DNA from: Mobula hypostoma
Lineage: Eukaryota
Direction of reading: 5' to 3'
Assembly: GCF_963921235.1 (NCBI RefSeq)
Contig: NC_086097.1
Span: 248,994,001 to 249,058,000, forward strand
DNA length: 64,000 nucleotides
The translations under genes and the position numbers were made by a program. Positions 12,198 through 24,886 of the stretch are shown piece after piece; the first letter of the stretch is position 1; the number at the start of each line of letters is the position of its first letter. The notes below the pieces were generated by a model. That model did no database searches. It was not told the DNA's origin and saw only the letters and a program-made list of their open reading frames with translations.

Positions 12198-13786
12198 ATG
12201 CTCCAAGTGAGGCCTCACCAGTGCTTTATAAACTCTCAACATTACATCCTTACGTTTATATTTTAGTCCTCTTGAAATGAATACTAAATGTCACATTTGC
12301 CTTCCTCACCACAGACTCAACCTACAAATTAACCTTTAGGGTATCCTGCACAAGGACTCCCAAGTCCCTTTGCATCTCTGATTTTTGTATTTTCTCTCCA
12401 TTTAGAAAATAGTCAACCCTTTCATTTCTTCTACCAAAATGCATGACCCTACACTTTTTAAGGCAGAGGTTGATAGATTCTTGATTGGTCAGGCCATCGA
12501 AGGATATGGTTGAAAAGCCGGGGATTGGGGCTGAGAGGGACATGGGTCAGCCATGAGGAAATGGTGGAGCAGACCCAACGGGTCAAACGACTTTATTCTG
12601 CTCCTATATTTGATGGCCCTATGAATAAAGAGCAATACCTGGACCCAGAGTGCAGCATTAATATTGTTTGCTGGTATTTCACAAGAGTCGAGCCCAGAGC
12701 TGGCATAGGCACTATAACCTATTTCATAAGACATGCCTTTGGTCCAGGCATCAGTCTGGTAAATCGGTTTGCACCCTCTCTAAAGATTCCAAATCCTTCC
12801 TATAATGAGGTGACCAGACCCAAACACAATCTTCCAAGTATGACTTCTCTGGGATAATGAACGAGGATTTCAGGTTTACTAGAGTGGTTACCAAGAATGG
12901 AAAAGCCTACAGAAAGTAGTGGATACAGCTCAGCCATCACAGGAGAAGCCCTCCCACACCTCTGAGCTCATCTACAAAGAACACTCCCACAAGAAACCAA
13001 CACCCGTTCTACTCTCTTCTCACCACTGTATACTCTGTTCATGTTCCAGAGTTTTTAAATTTCCTCTTTTAATTCAATATATTTCTGGTGTCTTTCACTT
13101 ATTGATTTCTGCAAGTTATGTTTGATTGAAATGGCTATATCTATTAAATGAGTTGTTCTTGCTTATTCATCCTGTAAAATTAAATCCAGATGGTTATTAG
13201 TGATTGTCCTATCTGTAATAATGGATCAGTCGTAATATAATTTGTGGGACTCTGACTCGGAAACTGGAGAAGGCTTGTATGGATCCTTTTATGAGTTTGT
13301 ATTTTAAAGCAAGATTTTTTTGTGAATGATGTTTGCCTCTTAATTGTGCCCATGTAAGTAATCAGATTGAGTTAGCTGCAGGATCCTGTAATGTGTTGGA
13401 TTATTTCAAGTTTCTTTGGTATTTTCTGCATTTATTGGTCTTTTATTATGAATTTTGATCATTTTTTTATGTTAACCACCCGGTCCTATATTACCACAAG
13501 GAAGCCCTCTGTTTCTAGGACGAGGTCTCCTACTCTGAGCCAGGTGTTCAACGCTTCCTTGCTGATGTCTATTCTTATTATTTTTGTATCTGCACACTTT
13601 TTCTTCTTTTGCTTGTCAGTCTTTGCATGTAGCTTCTCATTGATTCTGCTGTATTTCTTTGTTCTACTGTGAATCCCTGCAAAGAAATGAATCTCAAGGT
13701 AGCATATGTACTTTGATACAAAATTGACTTTGAACTATGAACTTTGACCCATTACTACAAGTGTCGCTGTCTGTGCCCATCCGCAG

Positions 13787-13936
13787 TGTCCTCCAGGACC
13801 GCCAGGCCCCCCCGGTTTGCCGGGACTGCCAGGAATCCCAGCTCCGCCTGAAGCCGAGAACCCAAGCCTCGTTGGTGCCCCGGGTCCACGCGGTCCTCCT
13901 GGTTATCCTGGACAAGACGGAGGTTCGGGTCAGCCA
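13787..13936 (+). CDS. COL15A1: Multiplexin collagen exon, 150 nt, CPPGPPGPPGLPGLPGIPAPPEAENPSLVGAPGPRGPPGYPGQDGGSGQP
   Basis: Acceptor gcccatccgcag, donor CCA|gtaagt; overlaps ORF 13817..14011. Confidence 0.92.
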
Positions 13937-15300
13937 GTAAGTAGATGCCACATTCATGCATTCCTTGGTATTCGTCTTTCTCGAGACTGCTTTCCTTTCC
14001 GTTCCTGTTGACTGCCCAGAATGGAACATCTTGCGGGCATTTTGATGAAAGAACAAGCAGTTCTGGTAAAGTATTCATAGAGTTGTAAAGCACTGCAATA
14101 GAGAAGCAGACCCTGCAGCCCATCTAGTTCATGACAAGCCAGTCTGCTTAGTCCTATCAACAGGCATCCAGACAACAGCACTCCATACCCCTCCCATTCA
14201 TGTTCCTATCCAAAACTCTCCATGTTGAAATCAACTCCGTAACCACCACTCGCACCGGCAGCTCGATGCACACTCTCACCACCCTCTGAGTGAAGACGTT
14301 CCCTCTCATGTTTCCCCTTAAACATTTCACCTTTTACCTGAACCGTTACTAGTCTCATCCAACCTCAGCGGGAAAAGTCTGCTTGCATTTACCCTACCTA
14401 CACTCCTCATAGTTTTATATTCCTCTGTAAGGTTCTCCCTCTTTCTCCTGATCTTCGGGGAATTAAAGTTATCTGGGTTGTTCAGATCTACTCCTATCAG
14501 ACAATCTTTGTTTGGTAAACCCAAGAGATTCCGCAGGTGATGGAAATCCAGAGCAACACACACACACTGATGGAGGAACTCAGCAGGTCAGGCAGCATCT
14601 ATGGAAAAGAGTAAACAGTCGACTTGTTGGGCCAAAACCCTTCATCAGGACTGGAAAGTTATTTGGAATTGGTTTATTGTTGTCACATCTACCAAGATAC
14701 AGGGAAAAACTTGTCTTGCACAATATTCATACAGATCCAATCATTATACAGTACACTGAGTGGAAAAAGGTAAACCAATAACAATGCAGACTAAAGTGTA
14801 AAAGCTACAGAGGAAGTCATGGCAGAGCAGAGATGGCTGAAGTTTCTGAGAATAGTTCACAAGGTGCAGGATAGATATGTCCCACAGAAGAAGGAGACTC
14901 AAATGGCCGAGGTAAGCAACTGTGGCTGACAATGGAAGTTAAGGACTGCATAAAAGCCAAGGAAAGGGCATGTAAGGTAGCAAAAGTGAGTGGGAAGCTA
15001 GATGATTGAGAAGCTTTTAAAATCAAACAAAAGGCCAACTAAAGCAGCTATAAGAAGGGAAAAGATGAAATATGAGGGCAAACTAGCCAATAATATAAAG
15101 CAGGAGACCAAATGTTTTTTCAGTTATATAAAGAGTAAAAGGGAGGTGGGAGTTGGTATTGAACCTCTGGAAAATGATGCTGGTGAGGTAGTAATAGGGG
15201 ACAAAGAAATGGCAAATGAACTTAATGGGTACTCTGCATCTGTCTTCACTGTGGAAGACACCAGCAGTGTGCCAGAAGTCCATGAGTGTCAGGGAGCAGG

Positions 15301-17552
15301 AGGTTTACAGGAGATCCTGGCAGTTTTGGCAGCTGAACTGTGCAATCAAGTCAATCAAGATTTGAATAGCTCAGACTCAGCAGAAAGCAGCTGATTGGGC
15401 AATTGAGGTCAGGTGACCAAGCAGTTTGAAAAGCCCAGACAAATAAATAGAGGGATAGCTCAAGCGGAGCGGCCAGTGTGTGAGTGGGCCAGTGAAGGAG
15501 TGGAGCTTTTGAGGTTTTGACTCCAGAGGCTTCGACGAGAAGAGGCGGAGGACAAGCTAGCTCGCAGTTAGTTTTTACAATGTCTCCTGAGACGGTGATG
15601 TGCCTCCCATGTGAGATGTGGCAGTCTTGGGGGAACTCCCCTCTCCCGCAGAGTCAGATCTGTCAGAAGTGCATACGGCGGGCGATCTGGAAGACCATGT
15701 AAGGAATCTGGAGCAGCAGCTGGATGACCTTCAACTCATAAGGGAGAATGAGGCAGTCATAGATGAGAGCTACAGGGAGGTAGTCACACCTAGGCTGTCA
15801 GAAGCAGGTTGTTGGGTGACAGTCAGAGGGGGGAAAGCGAAGGTGAGCAGACAGGTAGTGCAGAGCACCCCTGTAGCCATTCCCCTGAATAATATGTTTA
15901 CCATCCTGGATACTGTTGGCGGGGACGACCGACCAGGTGTGAGCCACAGTGGCAGGGCCTCCGGCACTGAGTCTGACCCGGTGGTGTAGAAGGGTGGGAC
16001 AGAGAAGAGGAGAGCTGTTGTCATTGGAGACTCTATAGTCAGGGGAGCAGACAGGAGATTTTGTGGACGTGAGAAGGACACCCGCATAGTTTGTTGCCTC
16101 CCGGGTGCCAGGGTCCGGGATGTCTCTGACCAGGTGCACGACACCCTGGTACGAGACGGAAAGCAACCAGAAGTCGTGATACATGTTGGGACCAACGACA
16201 TAGGCAGGAAGAGGGATGAGGTCCTGAAGTGTGAGTTTTGGGAACTAGGCAGAATCCTGAAGAACAGGACCTCAAGGGTGACGTTCTCAGGATTGCTGCC
16301 AGTGCTACGTGATAGTGATGGTAAGAATTGGAGGAGATAGCAGTTGAATGCGTGGCTGAGGAGTTAGTGCAGGGAGCAGGGTCTTAGATTTTTGGATCAT
16401 TGGGATCTCTTCTGGGGAATGTTCCATACGGTAGGCTTATTCAGAAAGTCAGAAGGCATGGGATCCAGGGAAGTTTGGCCAGGTGGATTCAGAATTGGCT
16501 TGCCTGCAGAAAGCAGAGGATGGTGGTGGAGGGAGTACATTCGGATTGGAGGGTTGTGACTAGTGGTGTCTCACAAGGATCAGTTCTGGGACCTCTACTT
16601 TTCGTGATTTTTATTAACGACCTGGATGTCAGGGTAGAAAGGTGGTTTGGCAAGTTTGCAGATGACACAAAGGTTGGTGGTGTTGTAGATAGTGTAGAGG
16701 ATTGTCAAAGATTGCAGAGAGACATTGATAGGTTGCAGAAGTGGGCTGAAAAGTGGTAAATGGAGTTCAACCCAGAGCAGTGTGAGGTGGTACACTTTGG
16801 AAGGACCAACTTCAAGGCAGAGTACAAAGTAAATGGCAGGATACTTGGTAGTGTGGAGGAGCAGAGGGATCTCGGGGTACATGTCCACAGATCCCTGAAA
16901 GTTGCCTCACAGGTGGATAGGGTAGTTAAGAAAGCTTATGGGGGGTTAGCTTTCATAAGTTGAGGGATAGAGTTTAAGAGTCACGAGGTAATGATGCAGC
17001 TCTATAAAACTCTGGTTAGGCCACACTTGGAGTACTGTGTCCAGTTCTGGTTCCCTCACTATAGGAAGGATGTGGAAGCATTGGAAAGGGTATAGAGGAG
17101 ATGTACCGGGATGCTGCCTGGCTTAGAGAATATGGATTATGATCAGAGATTAAAGGAGCTAGGGCTTTACTCTTTGGAGAGAAGGAGGATGAGAGGAGAC
17201 ACGATAGAGGTGTACAAGATATTAAGAGGAATAGATAGAGTGGATAGCCAGCGCCTCTTCCCCAGGGCACCACTGCTCAATACAAGAGGACATGGCTTTA
17301 AGTTAAGGGGTGGGAAGTTCAAGGGGGATATTAGAGGAAGGTTTTTTACTCAGAGAGTGGTTGGTGCGTGGAATGCACTGCCTGAGTCAGTGGTGGAGGC
17401 AGATACACTAGTGAAATTTAAGAGACTACTAGACAGGTATATGGAGGAATTTAAGGTGGGGGATTATATGGGAGGAGGGTTTGAGGGTTGGCACAACAAT
17501 GTGGGCTGAAGGGCCTGTACTGAGCTGTACTGTTCTATGTTCTATGTTCTAT
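15301..17552 (+). mobile_element. CR1 (subfamily C) with 5' UTR and ORF1 joined by internal deletion to the RT 3' half and tail
   Basis: ORF1 from ATG 15580; abrupt switch at about 16420 to VPYGRLIQK...FADDTK; ends in (CTATGTT)n. Confidence 0.8.
15580..16418 (+). pseudogene. CR1 ORF1p pseudogene: zinc finger, coiled coil and SGNH/GDSL esterase
   Basis: CLPC...CQKC, heptad LEDHVRNLEQQLDDL, block I VIGDSIV (16023-16040), block III HVGTND (16182-16199); one frameshift and several stops. Confidence 0.85.
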
Positions 17553-20530
17553 AGAAAACATCCAGCACAATACAGGCCCTTCGGCTCAAAAGCTGTGCCA
17601 AACATGTCCTTAACTCAGAAATTACCTAGGGTTACCCATAGCCCTCTATTTTTCTAAGCTCCATGTACCTACCCAGGAATCTCTTAAAAGACCCTCTTGT
17701 ATCCGCCTCCACCACCGTTGCCGGCAGTCCATTCCATGCATTCACCACTCTCTGCGTAAAAAACTTACCCCTGACATCTCCTCTGTACCTACTTCCAAAC
17801 ACCTTAAAACTGTGCCCTCTCGTGCTAGCCATTTCAGCCCTGGGAAAAAGCCTCTGACTATCCACATGATCAATGCCTCTCATCATCTTATACACCTCTA
17901 TCAGGTCTCCTCTCATCCTCCGCCGCTCCAAGAGGAAAAGGCCAAATTCACTCACCCTATTCTCATAAGGCATGCCCCCAGTTCGGGCAACATCCTTGTA
18001 AATCTCCTCTGCACCCTTTCTATGGTTTCCACATCCTTCCTGTAGTGAGGCAACCAGAACTGAGCACAGTACTCCAAGTGGGGTCTGACCAGGGTCCTAT
18101 ATAGCTGCAACATTATCTCTCGGTTCCTAAACTCAATCCCACGATTGATGAAGGCCAATACACCATATGCCTTCTTAACCACAGAGTCAACCTGGGCAGC
18201 AGCTTTGAGTGTCCTATGGACTTGGACCCCAAGGTCCCTCTGATCCTCCACACTGCCAAGAGTTTTACCATTAATATCATATTTTGCCATCATATTTGAC
18301 CTACCAAAATGAACCACCTCACACTTATCTGGGTTGAACTCTATCTGCCACTTCTCAGCCCAGTTTTGCATCCTATCGATGTTCCGCTGTAACCTCTGAC
18401 AGACCTCCACACTATCCATAACACCCCCAACCTTTGTGTCATCAGCACATTTACTAACCCATCCCTCCACTCCCTCATCCAGGTCATTTATAAAAATCAC
18501 AAAGAGTAGGGGTCCCAGAACACATCCCTGAAGCACACCACTGGTCACTGACCTGTATGCAGAATATGACCCATCCACAACCATTCTTTGCCTTCTGTGG
18601 ACAAGCCAGTTCTGGATCCACAAAGCAATGTCGCCTTGGATCCCATGCCTCCTTACTTTCTCAATAAGCCTTGTAGGGGGTACCTTATCAAATGCCTTGC
18701 TGAAATCCATATACACTACATCTACTGCTCTTCCTTCATCAATGTGTTTAGTCACATCCTCAAAAAATTCGATCAGGCTCGTAAGGCACTTTGACCTGCC
18801 TTTGACAAAGCCATGCTGACTATTCCTATTCATAAAATACCTCTCCAAATGTTCATAAATCCTGCCTCTCAGAATCTTTTCCATCAATTTACCAACTACT
18901 GAAGTAAAACTCATTGGTTATTGATTTCCTGGGCTATCTGTACTCCCTTTCTTGAATAAGGTAACAACATCCGCAACCCTCCAGTCCTCCAGAAACTCTC
19001 CCGTCCTCATTGATGATGCAAAGATCATTGCCAGAGGCTCAGCAATCTCCTCCCTTGCCTCCCACAGTAGCCTGGGGTACATCTCATCTGGTCCTGGTGA
19101 CTTTTCCAATTTGATGCTTTCCAAAAGCTCCAGCACATCTTCTTTCTTAATATCTATATGCACACGCTTTCAGTCCGCTGTAAGTCATCCCTACAATTGT
19201 CAAGATCCTTTTCCGTAGTGAATGCTGAAGCAAAGTACTCATTAAGTACCTCTGCTATCTCTTCCAGTTCCATACACACTTTTCCCCTGTCACACTTGAT
19301 TGGTCCTGTTCTCTCATGTCTTATCCTCTTGCTCTTCTTATGCTTGTAGAATGCCTTGGGGTTTTCCTTAATCCTGTCCGCCAAGGCCTTCTCATGGCTT
19401 CTTCTGGGTCTTCTAATTTCATTCTTAAGCTCCTTCCTGCTAGCCTTATAACCTTCTAGATCTCTATCATTACCTAGTTTTTTGAACCTTTCGTAAGCTT
19501 TTCTTTTCTTCTTGACTAGATTTATAACAGCCTTTGTACACTATGGTTCCTGTATCCTACCATCCTTTCCCTTTCTCATTGGAACATACCTATGCAGGAC
19601 TCCACACAAATATCCCCTGAACATTTGCCACATTTCTTCCATACTTTGCCCTGAGAACATCTGTTCCCAATTTAAGCTTCGAAGTTTCTGCCTGATAACC
19701 TCATATTTCCCCTTACTCCAATTAAATGCTTTCCTAACTTGTCTGTTCCTATCCCTGTCCAATGCTATGGTAAAGGAGATAGAAGTGTGATCACTATCTC
19801 CAAAATTCTCTCCCACTGAGAGATTTGACACCTGACCAGGTTCGATTCCCAATACCAGATCAAGTACAGCCTCTCCTCTAGTTGGCTTATCTACATAATG
19901 TGTCAAAAAACCTTTCTGAACACACCTAACAATTTCCACCCCATCTAAACCCCTTGTCTAGGGAGATGCCAATCGATATTTGGGAAATTAAAATCTCCCA
20001 CCATGACAACCCTGTTATTATTACACCTTTCCAGAATCTGCCTCCCTATCTGCTCCTCGATGTCCCTGTTATTATTGGGAGGTCTATAAAAAACACCCAG
20101 TAGAGTTATTGACCCCTTCCTATTCCTAACTTCCACCCACAGAGACTCTGTAGACAATCCCTCCATGACTTCTTCCTTTTCTGCAGCCGTGACACTATCT
20201 CTGATCAGCAGTGCCACGCCCCCACCTCTTTTGCCTCCCTCCCTGTCCTTTCTGAAATATCTAAAGCTTGGCACTCTAAGTATCCATTCCTGCCTCTGAG
20301 CCGTCCAAGTCTCTGTAATGGCCACAACATCATAGTTCCAAGTACTGACTCACGCATTAAGCTAATCCACTTTGTTCATAATACTCCTCGCATTAAAATA
20401 GCCACACCTTAAACCATCAGTCTGAGCGCGTCCTTTCTCGATCACCTGCCTATCCTCCCTCTCGCACTGTCTCCAAGATTTCTCGTTTTGTGAGCTGATC
20501 ACATCTTCCTCTGTCTTTTCAATTCGGTTC
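17551..20530 (-). mobile_element. CR1 (subfamily B) with nearly complete but disrupted ORF2 (APE endonuclease plus RT)
   Basis: Consecutive ORFs: YFNARSI, AITETW, FYRPP, VGDFNFP, GDSDH, KSPGPD, QHGF, YMDFSKAFD, CADDTK; 3' tail at 17551. Confidence 0.92.
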
Positions 20531-20840
20531 CAGAATCTGTTGGAATTCTTCGAGGAATTAACAAGCAGGGTGGATGGACAAAGGAGAGGAAGTGGATGCC
20601 ATTTACTTGGATTTTCAGAAAGCATTTAATAATGTGCCACACATGAGGCTGCTTAGCAAGCTAAAATTCTATGGCATTACAGGAAAGCTACTGGCATGGA
20701 TAGAGGAATGGCTGACAGGCAGGAGGCAGCAAGTGGGAATAAAAGAGGCCATTTCTGGTTGGCTGACTCCCAGAAGGTTAATTCACAGGTTGAGTCTGTG
20801 ATAAAGAAGGCAAATGCAATGTTGGCATTTATTTCAAGGG

Positions 20841-21154
20841 GAAACATAGAAACATAGAAAATAGGTGCAGGAGTAGGCCATTCGTCCCTTCGAGCCTGCA
20901 CCGCCATTCAGTATGATCATGGCTGATCATCCAACTCAGAACCCTGTACCTGCCTTCTCTCCATACCCCCCGATCCCTTTAGCCACAAGGACCATATCTA
21001 ACTCCCTCTTAAATATAGCCAATGAACTGGCCTCAACTGTTTCCTGTGGCAGAGAATTCCACAGATTCACCACTCTCTGTGTGAAGAAGTTTTTCCCTAA
21101 TCTCAGTCCTAAAAGGCTTCCCCTTTATCCTCAAACTGTGACCCCTCGTTCTGG
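20841..21154 (-). mobile_element. Short young CR1 3' end (subfamily D) inserted in the host CR1
   Basis: (CTATGTTT)n tail; close match to 43013-43320; host caaggggaa|tagaatat resumes after it. Confidence 0.85.
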
Positions 21155-22994
21155 GAATAGAATATAAAAGCAAGGAGATAATGTTGAGCCTTTATGAGAC
21201 ACTAGACAGGCCATGAACTGTTAAAATTGTCAACAGTTTTAGGCCCTATATCTATGAATGACTGTGTTGTTGTTGGAGAGAGTCTAGAGGAGGTTCATGA
21301 GGATGATTCTGGGAATGAAGGGGTTAACATATGAGGAGCGTTTGGTAACTTTGGGCCTGTATTCGCTGGAATTTAGAACAATGTGGGGGGATCTCATTGA
21401 AACCTACCAAATGTTGGAAGGACGAGAGAGGGTGGATTTGGAGAGGATGTTTCCCGTGGTGGAGGTATCCAGAACTGGAGGATACAGCCTCAGAATTGAA
21501 GGACATCCTTTTATAACAGATGTAAGGAAGAATTTTTTAGCCAGAGAGTAGTAGATCTGTGGAATGCTCTGCCACAGACTGCGGTGGAGGCCAAGTCTGC
21601 TGGTATATTTAAGGCAGAAGTTGATCGTTTCCTGATTGGTGAGGGCATCAAAAGATATGGCAAGAAGACAGGTGAATGGAGTAGAGTGGGATCTGGGATC
21701 AGCCATGATGAAATGGCAGAGCAGACTTGATGGGCTGAATGGCCTAATTCTGCTGCTATGTCTTATGATCTAAAGTGTAGTGCAGATAAACTATAAATTA
21801 CGAGAGCATAACAAGGTAGATTGTGAGGTTGAGAGTTGATTTTTATCATACAGTGCAACATTTCACAGATTTTTACTGCACGACAGAAGCTCTTCCGAGG
21901 CCTAGTGGTAGGTGCTTACAGGTTTTTTATCATCTTCCTCGTGGGAGAGAGGAAAAGAGAGGAAGGGTGAGGTCGTTGATTATGCTGACTGCTTTACTGA
22001 GGCAGTGAGATGCACAGACAGAGTCCTTGGAGGGAAGGTTGATTACTGATATGTGCTGAACTCTGTCCACAACTTTCTTCAGTCACGCACGGAGCAGCTA
22101 CTATACCAAGTCGGAATGTGTCCGGAGACTATGTATTCTATGATGCATGGATCAAAATTGGTAAGAATTGACAGGGACTCGCTGAGTTTCTTCAGCCTCC
22201 TGAGGAGGTAGAGGCACTGGGTAGCCCTCTTGGCCGTGAGATCAAAATGGCTGGACCAGGTATTTAAACCAAGAGAAAATTCAGCCTGTTCAATTTATCA
22301 AGATTGTGATTCCTAATGGTTAGCTGCACTGTGATGATATACTGCTCTGGCAAGTACGTGTTCTGCATTAATCTGGGACAGTGCAAATCCAAAATGAAGC
22401 AAAACTGTGCATCCATGATGGCTTGTGGAAGGTGACACCTCTTTGTTCTAAGAAGCTATGCATCATGTTTTTCTTGGTAGCTGAAACCCAGCATGCATAT
22501 TTATAACTCATTCAGAATGCCAGCTCCTGTCCTTCACATGTGGTTCAGTTACTAAGCCCTGCGGAACCATTTCGACTGACAGGAGAAGTGGCAAAGGAGG
22601 GTTACTACTGCCTTAAAAACCCCTCACTTTGGGCAGATAGGGCTTGTCAGCCGTGGTTGGCAACTCATCTAGGAGAGAGAAATCTCTGATCTCAAACCTC
22701 TGCTGCCTCGCAGCTATACCCACTCATGGGGAAGGTTTTGGGGGTAAAACCCAAGGGAAAAATCCACTGCTGGGACAGATGGTGGATGGTCGTACAAGCA
22801 GCCGGTGTATATCACAAGTCCTGGTTATGCGACCAACCACTGGCAGGCAATCTCTGAAGAGTATTGATAATGGCTGGGGTCACCCATCTTGTAAAGACAC
22901 TGCCTGGAAGAAGGCAATGGCAAACCACACCTGTAGAAAAATTTGCCAAGAATAAACATGATCACCCACATCATATGACATATGAATGAATATA

Positions 22995-23293
22995 GGCATC
23001 CATTAATCTCGTGAGACAATGGATTTGCATCTTGGAAGGTTTCCAGGGCGAAGGCCTGGGCAAAGTTGTATGGAAGACCGGCAGTTGCCCATGCTGCAAG
23101 TCTCCCCTCTCCATGCCACCGATGTTGTCCAAGGGAAGGGCACTAGGACCCATACAGCTTGGCACCGGTGTCATCGCAGAGCAATGTATGGTTAAGTGCC
23201 TTGCTCAAGGACACAACACGCTGCCTCAGCTGAGGCTCGAACTAGTGACCTTCAGATCACTAGACCGATGCCTTAACCACTTGGCCACGCGCC
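22995..23293 (-). mobile_element. tRNA-derived CORE-type SINE
   Basis: Minus strand: A box TGGCCAAGTGG, B box GTTCGAGCC, CORE-like TGTGTCCTTGAGCAAGGCACTTAACC; second copy at 60011-60309. Confidence 0.75.
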
Positions 23294-23494
23294 AACACAA
23301 TGAATGAATAAATGTTTATGGATTCATTGTCCATTCTGAATCTGATGGTGGAGGGGAAGATGTGGTTCCTGAAACGATAAGTGTGGGTCTTCATAATAAC
23401 GAATTCTTCCTCCTGCACTCGATAATCAGTACCTGGGCTTCTCTATTCAATACGCTAAGCCCACAAAGTTGAAAGCAGAGTAATGCAAATAGCT

Positions 23495-24760
23495 GAGCAA
23501 CGCACGCAAAATGCTGGAGGAACTCAGCAGGTCAGGCAGCATCTATGGAGGGGAATGTACAGTCAGCATTTTGGGCCAAGACCCTTCATCAGGACTGGAA
23601 CATCAACTGTTTATTCATTTCCGTAGATGCTGCCCTAACTACTGAGTTCCTCCAGCATTTTGTGTGTGTTGCTCCGGATTTCAGCATCTGCAGAATCTAT
23701 TGTGTCTCCAATACAAAAAGCTCCAGGGTTGTGAGAACGGACACGGAACTACCAAGTTTGCAAAGAAGTACGGTAGCAGCAATTAGAAAGGTGTTATTGT
23801 CAGCATTATTTTGCAGTGTGTTGAGCATCAAGATCATGTTGCAATACTGATTTTGCAACGTTGCAAGTAAGAAAATTTATCCTCTCCCCCTTCTCTCTTT
23901 TTCCATTCCCCATTCTAGCTCCCCTCTTAACCCTTCTCTTTTCCTCACCTGCCTATCATCTGCCATTGGTGCCCCTCCTCCATCCCTTTCTTCCATGGTC
24001 CACTCTCCTCTCCTATCAGATTCCTTCTTCTTCAACTCTTTACCTTTTCCACCTATCACATCCCAGCTTCTTACTTCATTCCCCCCTCCCCTAACTACCC
24101 ACCTTCCCTCTCACCTGACTTCACTTATTACCTGCCAACTTCCACACCTTTCCCTCCCGCCACCATCTTAATCTGGCTTCTTCCCCCTTCCTTTCCAGTC
24201 CTGAAGAAGAGACTCAGCCCAAAGCATCAACTATTTGTTCAATTCCATGGATGAAACGTAGAAACAGAGAAAACCTACAGCACAATACAGGCCCTTTGGC
24301 TCACAAAGCTGTGCCGAACATGTCCTTACCTGAGAAATTACCTAACGTTATATATAGCCCTCTATTTTTCTGAGCTCCATATACCTGTCCAGAAGTCTCT
24401 TAAAAGACCCTATCATAGCTGCCTCCACCACCGTTGCCGGCAGCCCATTCCACGCACTCACCACTCTCTGAGTAAAAAACTTACCCCTGACATCTCCTCT
24501 GTACCTACTCCCCAGCACCTTAAACCTGTGTCCTCTTGTGGCAACCATTTCAGCCCTGGGAAAAGGCCTCTGACTATCCACACGATCAATGCCTCTCATC
24601 ATCTTATACACCTCTATCAGGTCACCTCTCATCCTCCGTCGCTCCAAGGAGAAAAGGCCGAGTTCACTCAACCTGTTTTCATAAGGATACTGCCCGACAT
24701 GCTGAATTCCTCCAGCATTTTTTGTGTGATACTCTGGATATCTGCAGAATCTCTTGTGGT
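23495..24760. mobile_element. Penelope-like pLTR pieces: inverted mini-element 23495-23708, and a + strand pLTR 23877-24760 split by a CR1-B 3' end (24255-24685, -)
   Basis: Shared gatgctgcc..ctgagttcctccagcattttgtgtgtg terminus; hammerhead remnants 23561-23596 (-) and 24197-24232 (+); ORF 24348..24671. Confidence 0.75.
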
Positions 24761-24823
24761 TGCAATGCTGAGGTTATGATATGTTGCCTTGCCCTCTATT
24801 AAGATACTGTTCATTTGTTGCAG

Positions 24824-24886
24824 GGTCCAATAGGATCTCCAGGAGTGGATGGGACTTCTGGCAAACCAGGATCCAAAGGGCAAAAG
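24824..24886 (+). CDS. COL15A1: Multiplexin collagen exon, 63 nt, GPIGSPGVDGTSGKPGSKGQK
   Basis: Acceptor tcatttgttgcag, donor AAG|gtaagt. Confidence 0.93.

Larger units (their letters stand above)
14849..21772 (+). mobile_element. Older host CR1 (14849-15300 and 20531-21772) split by nested insertions
   Basis: ORF 15002..15394 (YEGKLANNIK..FFSYIK) resumes as 20574..20801 (YLDFQKAF) and 21297..21551. Confidence 0.75.

Noticed and set aside
13694..14181. Minus-strand ORFs over GC-rich segments (also 10270..10602, 33414..33611, 59704..59937)
   Set aside because: Antisense shadows of collagen exons.
15301..20530. ORF1 piece (+) and ORF2 piece (-) as one full-length CR1 with an inversion
   Set aside because: The geometry does not fit twin priming; the ORF1 piece joins a same-strand 3' end, so two separate elements is simpler.
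23225..23293. tRNA gene on the minus strand
   Set aside because: It is the head of a SINE that continues into a CORE-like body and is repeated at about 60250-60309.
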